Of a DNA stretch of 64,000 nucleotides, positions 47,769-58,562 are shown in pieces; the stretch's first letter is position 1; every line of letters starts with the position of its first letter. Source of the stretch: an uncultured Prevotella sp. GTDB taxonomy: Bacteria > Bacteroidota > Bacteroidia > Bacteroidales > Bacteroidaceae. The notes below the pieces were generated by a model that ran no database searches, was not told the origin of the DNA, and saw only the letters and a list, made by a program, of their open reading frames with translations. The stretch covers positions 14,941 through 78,940 of the forward strand of contig CALUGX010000127.1 in assembly GCA_944320285.1 (NCBI GenBank), read 5' to 3'. The position numbers and the translations under genes are program-made.

Positions 47769-49349
47769 TCATAAAGTGTGAGTGGAGATGTATGTCTGCA
47801 CGGCATCGGCGCACCTTTCGCCGTCAACAGCGGCCGAGACTATGCCGCCTGCGTAGCCTGCGCCCTCGCCACAGGGGAAGAGACCAGACAGACGAATATG
47901 CTGCAGAGACACCGGGTTGCGCAGTATGCGCACTGGAGCAGATGTGCGCGTCTCGGCAGCTACGAGTACGGCGTCGTTGGTGAGAAAGCCACGACTCATG
48001 CGTCCAAAGGTCTCAAAGGCTTGTTGCAGACGCCTAACCACTGCCTGCGGCAGCCAGAAATGGAGAGGACTGGAGATTAGTCCAGGCGCATAAGAACTGC
48101 GGGGCAGGTCGTAACTAAGACGCGAGCGGATAAAGTCTGCCATACGCTGGGCGGGTGCAGTCTGACGCATATTGCCTTGCTGCCAGCAGTCATGCTCAAT
48201 GCGCTCCTGAAAAGCCATCATGCAGAGGGCGTCGTCCGGGGCACCGCCGGAGTCTTCGGGGCGCACCTCAACTACCATGCCGCTATTAGACCATTGCGAG
48301 CCACGGTTGCTGGGACTCATACCATTGACAACAATCTGCCCAGGGCCTGTAGCAGCTGGGATGACAAAGCCTCCGGGACACATACAGAATGAATATACAC
48401 CGCGCCCGGATACTTGCGTTACAAAGCTGTATTCGGCTGCCGGCAACCAACGGCCGCGTCCGTGGGGGCTGTGATATTGTATGCGATCAATGAGTTCGGC
48501 GGGATGCTCCAAGCGTACGCCTACGGCCAAGGCCTTGGGCTCCATCTCTATACCGGCAGTGTGAAGATAGCGGTAGACATCGCGTGCTGAATGTCCCGTG
48601 GCAAGAATCACCGGCCCGCGGAACTCGCGCTCTGTCCCCGTTGTTAAATCGATTGACAAGATGCCCGCCACGCTATCACCCTCGGTTATTAACGCGGTCA
48701 TTTTCGTACAAAAGTGCACTTCACCTCCGCAGCGGATTATCGTCCCCCGCATATTCTCTATGACACGTGGCAGCTTGTCGGTTCCTATGTGAGGATGAGC
48801 GTCGGCAAGGATAGTAGTAGAGGCCCCATGTTGGCAAAGCACATTGAGGATTTTACGCGTGTCGCCGCGCTTCTTGCTACGAGTATAGAGTTTCCCGTCT
48901 GAATAAGCCCCGGCCCCGCCTTCACCAAAGCAGTAGTTGCTTTCGGCATCTACTTTCTGCGTTTTCGTTATCGCAGCTATGTCTTTTTTGCGCTCGTGCA
49001 CATCCTTGCCGCGCTCTATCACTATGGGACGTAACCCTAATTCGATAAGACGCAATGCGGCGAACAAGCCGCCAGGACCAGCTCCTACCACCACCACGTC
49101 CTGCGCCTGGGACACATCGCGGTAAACTGTGGGTTCATATTCGTCGTCTTCGGGCGTCTCATTTATATACACACGCACTTTTAGGTTGACATAAACCGTG
49201 CGCTGGCGGGCGTCTATGCTCCGCTTCAAAATTCGCACAGCAGTTATTGTGCGAAAGTCAACCCCTTTTTCACGTGAGACGTATTCTTTTATCGTCTGCT
49301 CGCAGGCTGCCTGCTGCGGTAGCAAGCGTAACTGATATTCGTATGTCAT
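47769..49349 (-). CDS. FAD/NAD(P)-dependent oxidoreductase (uncharacterised COG2509-like)
   Basis: VGAGPGG, GEGGAGAYSDGKL, PHIGTDKL, FCMCPGG, GEGAGYAGGIVSAAVDG motifs. Confidence 0.88.
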   Translation of the reverse strand: MTYEYQLRLLPQQAACEQTIKEYVSREKGVDFRTITAVRILKRSIDARQRTVYVNLKVRVYINETPEDDEYEPTVYRDVSQAQDVVVVGAGPGGLFAALRLIELGLRPIVIERGKDVHERKKDIAAITKTQKVDAESNYCFGEGGAGAYSDGKLYTRSKKRGDTRKILNVLCQHGASTTILADAHPHIGTDKLPRVIENMRGTIIRCGGEVHFCTKMTALITEGDSVAGILSIDLTTGTEREFRGPVILATGHSARDVYRYLHTAGIEMEPKALAVGVRLEHPAELIDRIQYHSPHGRGRWLPAAEYSFVTQVSGRGVYSFCMCPGGFVIPAATGPGQIVVNGMSPSNRGSQWSNSGMVVEVRPEDSGGAPDDALCMMAFQERIEHDCWQQGNMRQTAPAQRMADFIRSRLSYDLPRSSYAPGLISSPLHFWLPQAVVRRLQQAFETFGRMSRGFLTNDAVLVAAETRTSAPVRILRNPVSLQHIRLSGLFPCGEGAGYAGGIVSAAVDGERCADAVQTYISTHTL

Positions 49350-49606
49350 TTTTTATTGTTTAACGATTATGTACAGGTTGTGAGATTTTACGGTTATGAG
49401 ATTAAAGCGTTCAGCCGTATTAACCTCACAACAGAAGAACCATACATCCGTAATACCTTATAACATTTTAGTCATATTTCGTGCAAAATTAGCAATTTAG
49501 TGTAAATTTATATTGCAATAATGAGTATTTTTGTTATATTTGTCGGCAATTTTAACAGAGAATAAGCCCCGTTTGTATCGTGGCTCTCGAAATTTACAAT
49601 CAAAAA

Positions 49607-52042
49607 ATGAAAGTATTAAAGTTTGGAGGAACATCCGTAGGTTCCGTGAAAAGCATCTTGTGCTTAAAGAGAATTGTTGAGAAAGAGGCTAAGAAACAGC
49701 CTGTGATAGTAGTGGTGAGCGCGCTCGGAGGCATTACCGACAAACTGCTGGCCACGGCGCAAATGGCTCTCAAAGGTGATGAGCGTTACAAGGCAGAGTT
49801 TGACGAGATGGTGAAACGTCACCACAAGATGATTGACACGGTTATCAACGACACCAAACGGCGAGAGGACGTGTTCAATGCTGTAGACGCACTGTTCGAC
49901 CAACTGAAGAGCATTTATTATGGTGTCTACCTAATCCATGACCTTAGCAAAAAGACCCAGGATGCCGTAGTGAGTTACGGTGAGCGCTTAAGTTCGAACA
50001 TCGTAGCCGCCTTGATAAAGAACGCCAAATTGTTCGACGCGAGAGATTTTATCCAAACTGAATACAAAGGCTGCAAACACGTACTTGACAGTGAACTGAC
50101 CAGCAGGCTCGTAATCGGAACGTTTGCCGAACTATCGCGCATTTCGGTTGTGCCGGGATTTATCAGTCGCGACAAGAACACTGGCGAGACGACCAACCTC
50201 GGACGTGGAGGAAGCGATTACACAGCTGCCATCATAGCGGCTGCGCTTGACGCCGAAGTACTGGAAATATGGACCGACGTCGACGGATTTATGACGGCAG
50301 ATCCGCGCGTTATTCGCACAGCATATACAATCAGTGAACTAAGCTATAAGGAGGCGATGGAGCTTTGCAACTTCGGCGCAAAGGTAATCTACCCACCTAC
50401 GATATACCCTGTGTGTGTGAAGAACATACCAATAAAGGTGAAAAACACGTTCAACCCAAACGCCACAGGCACTATCATAAAAGAAAAAACAGACAACGAC
50501 CAAAGGGCCATCAAGGGAATATCGAGCATCAGCGACACTACGCTCATAACGGTAACGGGCCTGTCGATGGTAGGAGTCATCGGAGTGAACCGCCGCATAT
50601 TCACAGCACTTGCGGATAACGGTATCTCAGTATTCCTCGTCAGCCAAGCCTCGTCTGAGAACTCCACGTCAATCGGCGTGAAAGACACCGACGCCGCAGA
50701 AGCGGTAAGCGTGCTTAACGAGGAGTTTTCAAAGGAGATAGAGACAGGAGCAATGTTTCCCATGCATGCCGAAAGCGGCCTGGCCACAATCGCCATAGTA
50801 GGTGAAAACATGAAGCACACACCAGGCATAGCAGGAAAGCTCTTCGGCACACTTGGCAGAAGCGGCATCAGTGTAATAGCCTGTGCGCAAGGTGCATCAG
50901 AGACGAACATCTCGTTCGTCATCAACGGAATGTATTTGCGGAAGTCACTCAACGTGTTGCATGATTCGTTCTTCCTCTCAGAATACAACGTGCTCAACCT
51001 TTTCATCTGCGGTGTTGGCACTGTGGGAAATAAACTGATAGAACAAATCAAATCGCAATACGAAGAACTGAAACAGAACAGAAGGCTAAAGCTCAACGTG
51101 GTAGGCATTGCCAGCAGCCACAACGCAATATTCAACCGTGACGGATTGGACTTGGACAACTACCGTGAACTGCTGAAGCAATCAGAAGCAAGCGACACCG
51201 CGAGGCTGCGTCGTGAAGTTATAGGCATGAACATATTTAACAGCGTGTTCGTTGACTGTACGGCAAGCCACGAAGTGTCAGCTTTATATCAAGACTTTCT
51301 CGAACACAACATATCAGTAATTGCAGCAAACAAAATTGCCGCGTCATCAGACTATGGCAGCTATATAAAACTCAAACGCACGGCATTGGCACGCGGAGTA
51401 AAGTTCCGTTTTGAAACAAATGTAGGTGCCGGGCTGCCAATCATCGGAACTATCAACGACCTGCGCAACTCCGGAGATAAGATATTGAAAATCGAAGCAG
51501 TGCTCAGCGGTACGCTTAACTTTATCTTCAACGAGTTGTCAGAAAGCGTTACGTTTTCTGAGGCGGTGAGACGTGCAAAGGAGCAAGGCTACAGCGAACC
51601 GGACCCGCGCATAGACCTCAGCGGCACGGATGTGGTTAGAAAATTGATAATACTTACTCGCGAGGCAGGATATAAGATAGAACAAGAGGACGTAAAGAAA
51701 CATTTGTTCGTACCCGACGATTATTTCAAAGGTTCAATAGAAGACTTTTGGGCAAAACTGCCGCAACTTGACGATGACTTCGAGACTCGCCGTAAACACT
51801 TGGAAGAGCAAGACAGCAGATGGCGGTTCGTGGCAAAAATGGAAATGGGAAAGGCCTCCGTATCTTTGCAAGAAGTCAGCAAAGGCCATCCGTTTTACAC
51901 TCTTGAAGGCTCTAACAATATCGTAATGCTGACAACAGAACGTTATAAGGAATATCCGATGCTCATCCAAGGCTACGGAGCAGGAGCCAGTGTAACGGCC
52001 GCCGGAGTGTTTGCCAATATTATGAGTATAGCCAATATATAA
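49607..52042 (+). CDS. thrA: Bifunctional aspartate kinase / homoserine dehydrogenase I
   Basis: KFGGTSVG, LGRGGSDY, WTDVDG, two ACT domains, ETNVGAGLP and GAGASVTAAGV motifs. Confidence 0.97.
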   Translation: MKVLKFGGTSVGSVKSILCLKRIVEKEAKKQPVIVVVSALGGITDKLLATAQMALKGDERYKAEFDEMVKRHHKMIDTVINDTKRREDVFNAVDALFDQLKSIYYGVYLIHDLSKKTQDAVVSYGERLSSNIVAALIKNAKLFDARDFIQTEYKGCKHVLDSELTSRLVIGTFAELSRISVVPGFISRDKNTGETTNLGRGGSDYTAAIIAAALDAEVLEIWTDVDGFMTADPRVIRTAYTISELSYKEAMELCNFGAKVIYPPTIYPVCVKNIPIKVKNTFNPNATGTIIKEKTDNDQRAIKGISSISDTTLITVTGLSMVGVIGVNRRIFTALADNGISVFLVSQASSENSTSIGVKDTDAAEAVSVLNEEFSKEIETGAMFPMHAESGLATIAIVGENMKHTPGIAGKLFGTLGRSGISVIACAQGASETNISFVINGMYLRKSLNVLHDSFFLSEYNVLNLFICGVGTVGNKLIEQIKSQYEELKQNRRLKLNVVGIASSHNAIFNRDGLDLDNYRELLKQSEASDTARLRREVIGMNIFNSVFVDCTASHEVSALYQDFLEHNISVIAANKIAASSDYGSYIKLKRTALARGVKFRFETNVGAGLPIIGTINDLRNSGDKILKIEAVLSGTLNFIFNELSESVTFSEAVRRAKEQGYSEPDPRIDLSGTDVVRKLIILTREAGYKIEQEDVKKHLFVPDDYFKGSIEDFWAKLPQLDDDFETRRKHLEEQDSRWRFVAKMEMGKASVSLQEVSKGHPFYTLEGSNNIVMLTTERYKEYPMLIQGYGAGASVTAAGVFANIMSIANI

Positions 52043-52154
52043 TAATTAAAGCAAAAGGCAGACAGTAAACAAACGCCAGTCATGGGATAAAGCATAACGG
52101 CAATAGCGTCTAAACGCCTTATCCATTATGCAAATAATCATTTAAGCACTCAAA

Positions 52155-53384
52155 ATGAAACATATCATCATACTCGGTGACGGTATGGCCGACCACCTGA
52201 TAGAACGCTTGGGCGGGAAAACACCTTTACAATACGCCAATACCCCCGGCATGGACTTCATCGCACGCAACGGCAAAACAGGACGGCTGGCAACAATACC
52301 CGAAGGCTTCCAGCCCGGCAGCGAGGTTGCCAACACGGCCATACTCGGCTATGACTTAAACAAAGTCTACGAAGGACGTGGCCCGCTCGAAGCTGCAAGC
52401 ATCGGCTACGACATGGCCGAAGACGACCTCGCACTGCGTTGCAACATAATAACCCTCAACGGCGGTGTGATAAAAAACCACCACGGAGGACACATGACGA
52501 CGGAGCAAGGCGACGTACTAATCAAAAGGTTGAACGAAGCATTGGGTGGTGAAGGTGTGAAATTTTACACCGGGACGCAATACCGCCACCTGCTGATAAT
52601 TAATCGTGGCAACAAACACATCACCTGCGCACCGCCTCACGATCATCCCAACGAACCCTGGAAAGAACTACTCGTAAAGCCTGAGGCGGGCTGGGAAGAC
52701 AAGAATGACAATCAGCACATGACTGCCGGCGAGACTGCCGACCTGATAAACAGCCTAATCATTAAGTCGCAAGAAATACTTAACGACACCGAGGCTGGAA
52801 CCAACGACCGTGACATCCTTAGCGTATGGCCGTGGGGAGGCGGATACCGCCCTGCCATGAAGACGCTGACTGAAGTTTATCCGCAAATAAAATCAGGCGC
52901 GGTGATTTCCGCAGTAGATTTAATCAAGGGCATCGGACACTACGCCGGCCTTAAGGTTATCAACGTTGCCGGAGCTACGGGACTGGCCGACACAAACTAT
53001 GAGGGGAAGACAGAGGCCGCACTTACCGCTCTAAAGACATCCGACTTTGTGTTCCTGCACATAGAAGCGAGCGACGAAGCCGGACACGACGGCGACTTAG
53101 AACTAAAGCTCAAGACCATAGAAAACCTCGACAAACGCGTGGTAAGCCCGATATGTGAAGCATTGCAGTCGTGGCAGGGCGAGCCTGTAAGCGTTGCGCT
53201 CCTGCCGGATCACCCCACCCCTGTAGAGGTAAGGACGCACGTTGACGAACCTGTGCCTTTCGCCATCTGGCACAAAGGCATAACCCCCGACGGCGTAGAG
53301 GCATTCGACGAGGTGAGCTGCGTCAGCGGCAGTTACGGATTACTACGCCTTGGAGAATTCATGAGAGAGTTCATGAATGCTTAA
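52155..53384 (+). CDS. Cofactor-independent phosphoglycerate mutase (ApgM)-like protein, proposed homoserine kinase family
   Basis: GDGMAD, GSEVAN, HIEASDEAGHDG and DHPTP...H motifs; located between thrA and thrC. Confidence 0.85.
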   Translation: MKHIIILGDGMADHLIERLGGKTPLQYANTPGMDFIARNGKTGRLATIPEGFQPGSEVANTAILGYDLNKVYEGRGPLEAASIGYDMAEDDLALRCNIITLNGGVIKNHHGGHMTTEQGDVLIKRLNEALGGEGVKFYTGTQYRHLLIINRGNKHITCAPPHDHPNEPWKELLVKPEAGWEDKNDNQHMTAGETADLINSLIIKSQEILNDTEAGTNDRDILSVWPWGGGYRPAMKTLTEVYPQIKSGAVISAVDLIKGIGHYAGLKVINVAGATGLADTNYEGKTEAALTALKTSDFVFLHIEASDEAGHDGDLELKLKTIENLDKRVVSPICEALQSWQGEPVSVALLPDHPTPVEVRTHVDEPVPFAIWHKGITPDGVEAFDEVSCVSGSYGLLRLGEFMREFMNA

Positions 53385-53428
53385 ATCATACCAAGTAATT
53401 AAACAAAAATCAAAGAATAATACAGACA

Positions 53429-54748
53429 ATGAAATACTACAGCACGAATCACAACACCCGGCCTACGAGCTTGGCTGCGGCCGTCACCACCGGGCTTGCT
53501 CCGGACAGTGGCTTATATATGCCCGAACAGATAAGGCCGCTACCCGAAGATTTCTTCAATGACATACAAGATATGACATTCCGGCAAATTGCCTGCCGCG
53601 TGGCCGAAAACTTCTTCGGCGACGACATCAGCAAAGACGACTTGCACAACATTGTGTGTGACACGCTGGCTTTTGACTGTCCGGTTGTAAATGTTGGCGG
53701 CAATATCTGGAGCTTGGAACTGTTCCACGGACCAACACTTGCATTCAAGGATGTCGGCGCACGTTTCATGGCACGTATGCTGGCGTATTTTTCAAAAAGC
53801 GAACCCGACACAGGCACGGTCGGTAACGTAAACGTGCTCGTGGCCACAAGCGGCGACACCGGCTCCGCCGTGGCCAACGGCTTCCTCGGCGTAAACGGCG
53901 TACACGTATTCGTGTTGTACCCTAAAGGGAAAGTCAGCCCGATACAAGAATGCCAGTTCACCACGCTTGGCCGTAATATCACCGCACTGGAAGTAGACGG
54001 CACATTCGACGATTGCCAGGCTCTCGTCAAGGACGCTTTCGCCGACGACGAATTGAATGGAAAATTGCGCCTGACATCAGCCAACTCAATAAACGTGGCC
54101 CGCTTCCTGCCGCAATCATTCTATTATTTCAACGCTTACGCACGGATGAAAGAGCGTGGCCTTGCCGGTAACTTGGTAATATGCGTGCCGAGCGGTAACT
54201 TCGGCAACATCACTGCCGGCCTGTTCGCCCACCGCATGGGGCTGCCCGTAAAACGATTTATCGCAGCCAACAACGCAAACGACGTGTTCCTGCAATACCT
54301 CAATACTGGACAATACTCACCGCGTCCAAGCGTCAGAACAGTGGCTAACGCTATGGACGTAGGTGCGCCGAGCAACTTCGCACGCATACTCGATATGTTC
54401 GGCAATTCACATGAAGACATCTGCAAGATAATCAGCGGTGCGGCTTACACCGACGGCGAAATCGTCAACGCCATAGCAGACTGCCACAATCAATACGGAT
54501 ACACGCTCGACCCCCACGGTGCGTGCGGATGGCTTGCGCTGCGCGACAACCTGAGCGAAGACGAGACAGGCGTATTCCTCGAAACGGCGCATCCTGCAAA
54601 ATTCAAAGACACCGTGGAACGGGCAACAGGCGAAAACTTGGCGATGCCTGAACGTCTTGAGGCGTTTACCCGCGGCGAGAAACAATCCATAGCCATGACT
54701 ACAGAGTTCTCCGACTTCAAGCGTTATCTCTTGAACAATGCCGAATGA
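53429..54748 (+). CDS. thrC: Threonine synthase
   Basis: GLAPDSGLY, LELFHGPTLAFKD, ATSGDTG, SANSINVAR, PSGNFGN and ETAHPAKF motifs. Confidence 0.98.
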   Translation: MKYYSTNHNTRPTSLAAAVTTGLAPDSGLYMPEQIRPLPEDFFNDIQDMTFRQIACRVAENFFGDDISKDDLHNIVCDTLAFDCPVVNVGGNIWSLELFHGPTLAFKDVGARFMARMLAYFSKSEPDTGTVGNVNVLVATSGDTGSAVANGFLGVNGVHVFVLYPKGKVSPIQECQFTTLGRNITALEVDGTFDDCQALVKDAFADDELNGKLRLTSANSINVARFLPQSFYYFNAYARMKERGLAGNLVICVPSGNFGNITAGLFAHRMGLPVKRFIAANNANDVFLQYLNTGQYSPRPSVRTVANAMDVGAPSNFARILDMFGNSHEDICKIISGAAYTDGEIVNAIADCHNQYGYTLDPHGACGWLALRDNLSEDETGVFLETAHPAKFKDTVERATGENLAMPERLEAFTRGEKQSIAMTTEFSDFKRYLLNNAE

Positions 54749-54940
54749 CACAAACTCCATAAAAATATCACATTGAAAAATAAAATCGAAAACCGCTGAC
54801 ACTTTGATTTTCAATGACGCTCTACAACGGCCTTATTTCTGGAAATAAATCTTTTGGACGGAAATAAGACCGTTTTTCGTGTGCAAATTTAACTCCCTGA
54901 TATTGTAGCATTTGAATGCTACAACAAACGATGTGTGCAA

Positions 54941-55135
54941 TATCAATGCCCCTTTCCTGCCTTAAAAGGCATCACTGACACCATTAAAGGGCACCTTTAC
55001 CATTCGTAATGATGCCCCTTACTATCTTTAAAAGCCGTCATTACAGTCCTTTTCAACGGTCTTTACTACCTTTAAAGACCGTCATAAAGTGGCCAAATGA
55101 CGGTTATCGCGAGTAAAAAGGGCGGTTACGGCCAT
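54941..55135. repeat. Degenerate 22-bp-period tandem array (about 9 units)
   Basis: Units start at 54963, 54985, 55007, 55029, 55051, 55073, 55095, 55117. Confidence 0.7.
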
Positions 55136-55382
55136 TCACATTTTCTATTTCAACAAAAAAGACAGACATTCCCGAATTGACACACTGCTATATAAAAGCC
55201 AATAAAAGATGACAAAAAGGAAGTTGGGTCTTGTCGCTCAGTTTCTACAGAAGCACTGCTTTAAACCACGATTCAAGCACAAAACAATCAAGCAAAAAGT
55301 TAACACATCAGATAAGATGGAGACATTTCAGAGATAATTTATTTTGAAATTCGCCCGAAAATGACTACTTTTGCCAGTGGAA

Positions 55383-55748
55383 TGCAGTGCCACGGTCTGT
55401 CGCCGGCGTCGCTAAAGGCGCGGGAGGAAAGTCCGGGCAGCACAGGACGCTCCACTTCTGAAAATGGAAGCTGTCGGTGACGGCAGGATTAGGCAGAAGA
55501 AAACAACCGCCTGCACTATGTTGCGGGTAAGGGTGAGAAGGTGGTGTAAGAGACCACCGGCCGTCAGGCGACTGGCGGGCCGTGCCGTCTGGAGGCTGCA
55601 AGTTCATGTAAACCGTCGTCCGAGGGTTGTCCGCCCGATTTTCACAACGACGGAGGGTAGAACGCTTGAGCCATGAAGTGATTTATGGCGTAGATAAATG
55701 ACAGGCACCGCTTCGACGGAACAGAACCCGGCTTACAGGGGCACTGCA
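55383..55748 (+). ncRNA. rnpB: RNase P RNA (type A)
   Basis: GAGGAAAGTCCGGGC near the 5' end, ACAGAACCCGGCTTA near the 3' end, P1 helix TGCAGTGCC/GGCACTGCA. TACTTTTG promoter at 55366. Confidence 0.97.
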
Positions 55749-55858
55749 TTCTTTTTAAAGACGCGGGGCAAGTATTGGATTTAATTCCACGTTTTCCACA
55801 CTCGGCAGAATAAGTAAAAACTAACCTTATCTCCTGCTTAATCAAAACCTTGAATTTC

Positions 55859-57181
55859 ATGAAAAAGCAAATATCCGAAATCATCAACTTTTTTAAAGTG
55901 GGCATCTGGCACGTAAAGCGGTGCGACGTGTCGCCTTGGCTTTACTTCATCTACGGCGTTGTAAAAAAGCTGCTGCTGGCCATAGAGCGCGCCACAACAA
56001 AGCGGATGATTAACTCTGCGTCGGCCCTAACCTACTCCACCCTGCTCGCCATCGTGCCGATAATGGCCGTGGTTTTCGCCATAGCACGCGGCTTCGGGTA
56101 CAACAGATACATCGAGGAATGGTTCCGCGAGGCGTTGGCCAGCCAGCCACAGGCAGCTGAAATAATAATCGGTTTTGTCAATTCATACTTAGTGCACACC
56201 AAGAGCGGCGTGTTCCTCGGTATAGGTCTTATATTCATGCTTTGGACTGTGATTATGTTGATCAACAACATAGAATTGACATTCAACTACATCTGGCAGG
56301 TAAAAAAGCCGCGAAGCCTTTTCCGTACGATAACCGACTATATGGCGATGTTTCTACTCGCACCGATGATAATCGTAATAACGTCGGGTATCTCCATTTT
56401 CGTGGCTACCATCTCCGACAGCATTGAAGGCTACGCACTGCTCGCCCCCGTAATGCGGTTCTTTATCGACTTGCTGCCCTACATATTCATGTCTGCCGTG
56501 TTCGTAGCCCTATATGTCTTCATGCCTAACACAAAAGTGAAGTTCAGCTGTGCAGTGGTGCCAGGCATCCTGGCCGGCGTAGCCATGCAAGGCTTGCAAC
56601 TCGTCTACATACATTCACAGATATGGGTGAGCAGTTACAACGCCATTTACGGCTCGTTCGCCGCCCTGCCGCTGTTCATGCTGTGGGTGCAGATATCGTG
56701 GACGATATGTCTGTTTGGCGCCGAACTATGCTATACGAGCCAAAACCTCGAAGATTACGCCTTCAGAGCCATCACAGAGGACATTAGCCACCGTTACAGG
56801 TTGATGCTGAGCGTGATGCTGGCCGGCCTGATATGTAAACGCTTCGAGGATGGAGGACGCCCGTACACCGCACTTGAACTGAAATTAGAAACGGGCATAC
56901 CCGTCAGGATTGTCAACGACTTGCTGTATGACTTAACACGGGTGCACATAATCATTGAAGTGACAAGCGACGAAAAGGGAGAGATAAGTTGTTACCAACC
57001 GGCCGAACCCACATCACGACTTAGCGTGGGACTGCTGATAGACAGGCTTGAGTCACAGGGCAAATGGGCTCTTGAGCTTGACCTGCACAAGTTGGGCTCT
57101 AACAGCTGGAAACACATCATAAAATCCCGCTCTGACTATCTTGACAGCCAACGCGGGATACTTTTAAAAGACATATTTTAG
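55859..57181 (+). CDS. YihY/virulence factor BrkB family membrane protein
   Basis: ASALTYSTLLAIVP, IELTFNYIW, YNAIYGSFAALPLFMLW and LFGAE motifs. Confidence 0.92.
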   Translation: MKKQISEIINFFKVGIWHVKRCDVSPWLYFIYGVVKKLLLAIERATTKRMINSASALTYSTLLAIVPIMAVVFAIARGFGYNRYIEEWFREALASQPQAAEIIIGFVNSYLVHTKSGVFLGIGLIFMLWTVIMLINNIELTFNYIWQVKKPRSLFRTITDYMAMFLLAPMIIVITSGISIFVATISDSIEGYALLAPVMRFFIDLLPYIFMSAVFVALYVFMPNTKVKFSCAVVPGILAGVAMQGLQLVYIHSQIWVSSYNAIYGSFAALPLFMLWVQISWTICLFGAELCYTSQNLEDYAFRAITEDISHRYRLMLSVMLAGLICKRFEDGGRPYTALELKLETGIPVRIVNDLLYDLTRVHIIIEVTSDEKGEISCYQPAEPTSRLSVGLLIDRLESQGKWALELDLHKLGSNSWKHIIKSRSDYLDSQRGILLKDIF

Positions 57182-57249
57182 TGAGGAGTTGATGATTAAG
57201 AGTTAAGAGTTTAATGGTAAGGCAAATTAATTCTTCACTCTTAACTTTT

Positions 57250-57642
57250 TTAGTCCTTATATGACAATACTGCTTCAATGTATTCCTCGACATCTGCATT
57301 ATACATCCTTTTAATTTTTATATTGTCAACCAAACGCATAACCGCGTAATACAGCAGGGCAAGCACAACACCAAAGGCCACCCCGAAAAGAAGCAATGTG
57401 GTGCCGTCGCCGAAATAAGACAATATTATAACAGGCATGACAAGCAGAATGCCGGGAATTACAAGATTCTTTTTACGCTCTTCGTCACGGTCGAGGATGC
57501 GCTGCTTGTCGTAAGTATAGTCTTTCACTTCGGCTTCTGTGGTGTTATAATCTTTAGGTTCGGGAAAACCGGCGACGCCCTTGTTGCGCTCCATCTTTTC
57601 AATAACAGTGTGTTCCCAATCAGCAACTGATTTCTTATCCAT
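57250..57642 (-). CDS. Hypothetical membrane protein
   Basis: 130-aa ORF with two hydrophobic segments. TATCTTTG promoter motif upstream on the minus strand. Confidence 0.8.
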   Translation of the reverse strand: MDKKSVADWEHTVIEKMERNKGVAGFPEPKDYNTTEAEVKDYTYDKQRILDRDEERKKNLVIPGILLVMPVIILSYFGDGTTLLLFGVAFGVVLALLYYAVMRLVDNIKIKRMYNADVEEYIEAVLSYKD

Positions 57643-57815
57643 AAATCACATTAATTTTTATTATCGGGCAAAGATAACGTAAATCAAATGAAATGCAAAA
57701 TAATTGCACACGAAACGGGCTTTTAAAATGTCTAAAAATGAAATAAATTTGGATGGCATGAAAATAATTGCTACTTTTGTGCCAAAATTAAAAACACATT
57801 AAAACCTTACGGATT

Positions 57816-58205
57816 ATGAATTTACCAGATTTCATGTCATACTCCAATAAATTCACTGCAAGTGACTTTATTGAAAAAATCTCAAAGATAGCCAAAAGGG
57901 CCGGAGCGAAGTTAGTGTATGCAGCGTTCGTTCTTTATTATACGTTGCAAAGCGACAAGATTTCAATCAAGGACAAAGCCATTATCGTTGGCGCACTGGG
58001 TTATCTTATCAGTCCGCTCGACGTCATACCCGACGCAATCCCCATAGCCGGCCTCGGCGATGACCTTGCCGTGCTGGTGTATGTGCTCAACAAGGTGTGG
58101 GGCAATGTGTCTGACGACATCAAGGAAAAGTCAAAAGCCAAGTTGTCAAAATGGTTTGACGAAGACGAGATTAAGGAGATAGATACATTGTTCGACAAAG
58201 AATAA
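57816..58205 (+). CDS. YkvA/DUF1232 family protein
   Basis: ALGYLISPLDVIPDAIPIAGLGDD motif. Confidence 0.92.
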   Translation: MNLPDFMSYSNKFTASDFIEKISKIAKRAGAKLVYAAFVLYYTLQSDKISIKDKAIIVGALGYLISPLDVIPDAIPIAGLGDDLAVLVYVLNKVWGNVSDDIKEKSKAKLSKWFDEDEIKEIDTLFDKE

Positions 58206-58217
58206 CAGGAAATAGCG

Positions 58218-58562
58218 ATGATTATAAATTTTGAAGAGATTGCCGAGAGCAGCGTGATTGCTTTCAAAGGAGGCAAAGGCGAACTGCTGTCACGAAATTA
58301 CGACGACGGCAAATGCAAAATAATGATGAGCTGCCTGAAACCCGGAGCGTCTTCGGGACTACACACACATGAAGGTAATTGTGAAATAGTTTATGTGATT
58401 AGCGGTGTAGCGACATTCCATTATGACGGAAATACAGAAACCACCAGAGCCGGCCAAGTGCATTACTGTCCTGAAGGGCATTCGCATTATATGGAAAACA
58501 ATACAAACGAGGATTTGCGTTACCTCGCAATCGTTCCTGTGCACCAAGTAGCGACAAAATGA
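58218..58562 (+). CDS. Cupin-domain protein
   Basis: GLHTHEGNCEIVYVISG ... CPEGHSH cupin motifs. Confidence 0.9.
   Translation: MIINFEEIAESSVIAFKGGKGELLSRNYDDGKCKIMMSCLKPGASSGLHTHEGNCEIVYVISGVATFHYDGNTETTRAGQVHYCPEGHSHYMENNTNEDLRYLAIVPVHQVATK

Noticed and set aside
49350-49606. Threonine attenuator or lysine riboswitch upstream of thrA
   Set aside because: No Thr/Ile-rich leader peptide, terminator or riboswitch consensus is visible. The leader after the TATATTTG motif is only about 60 nt.
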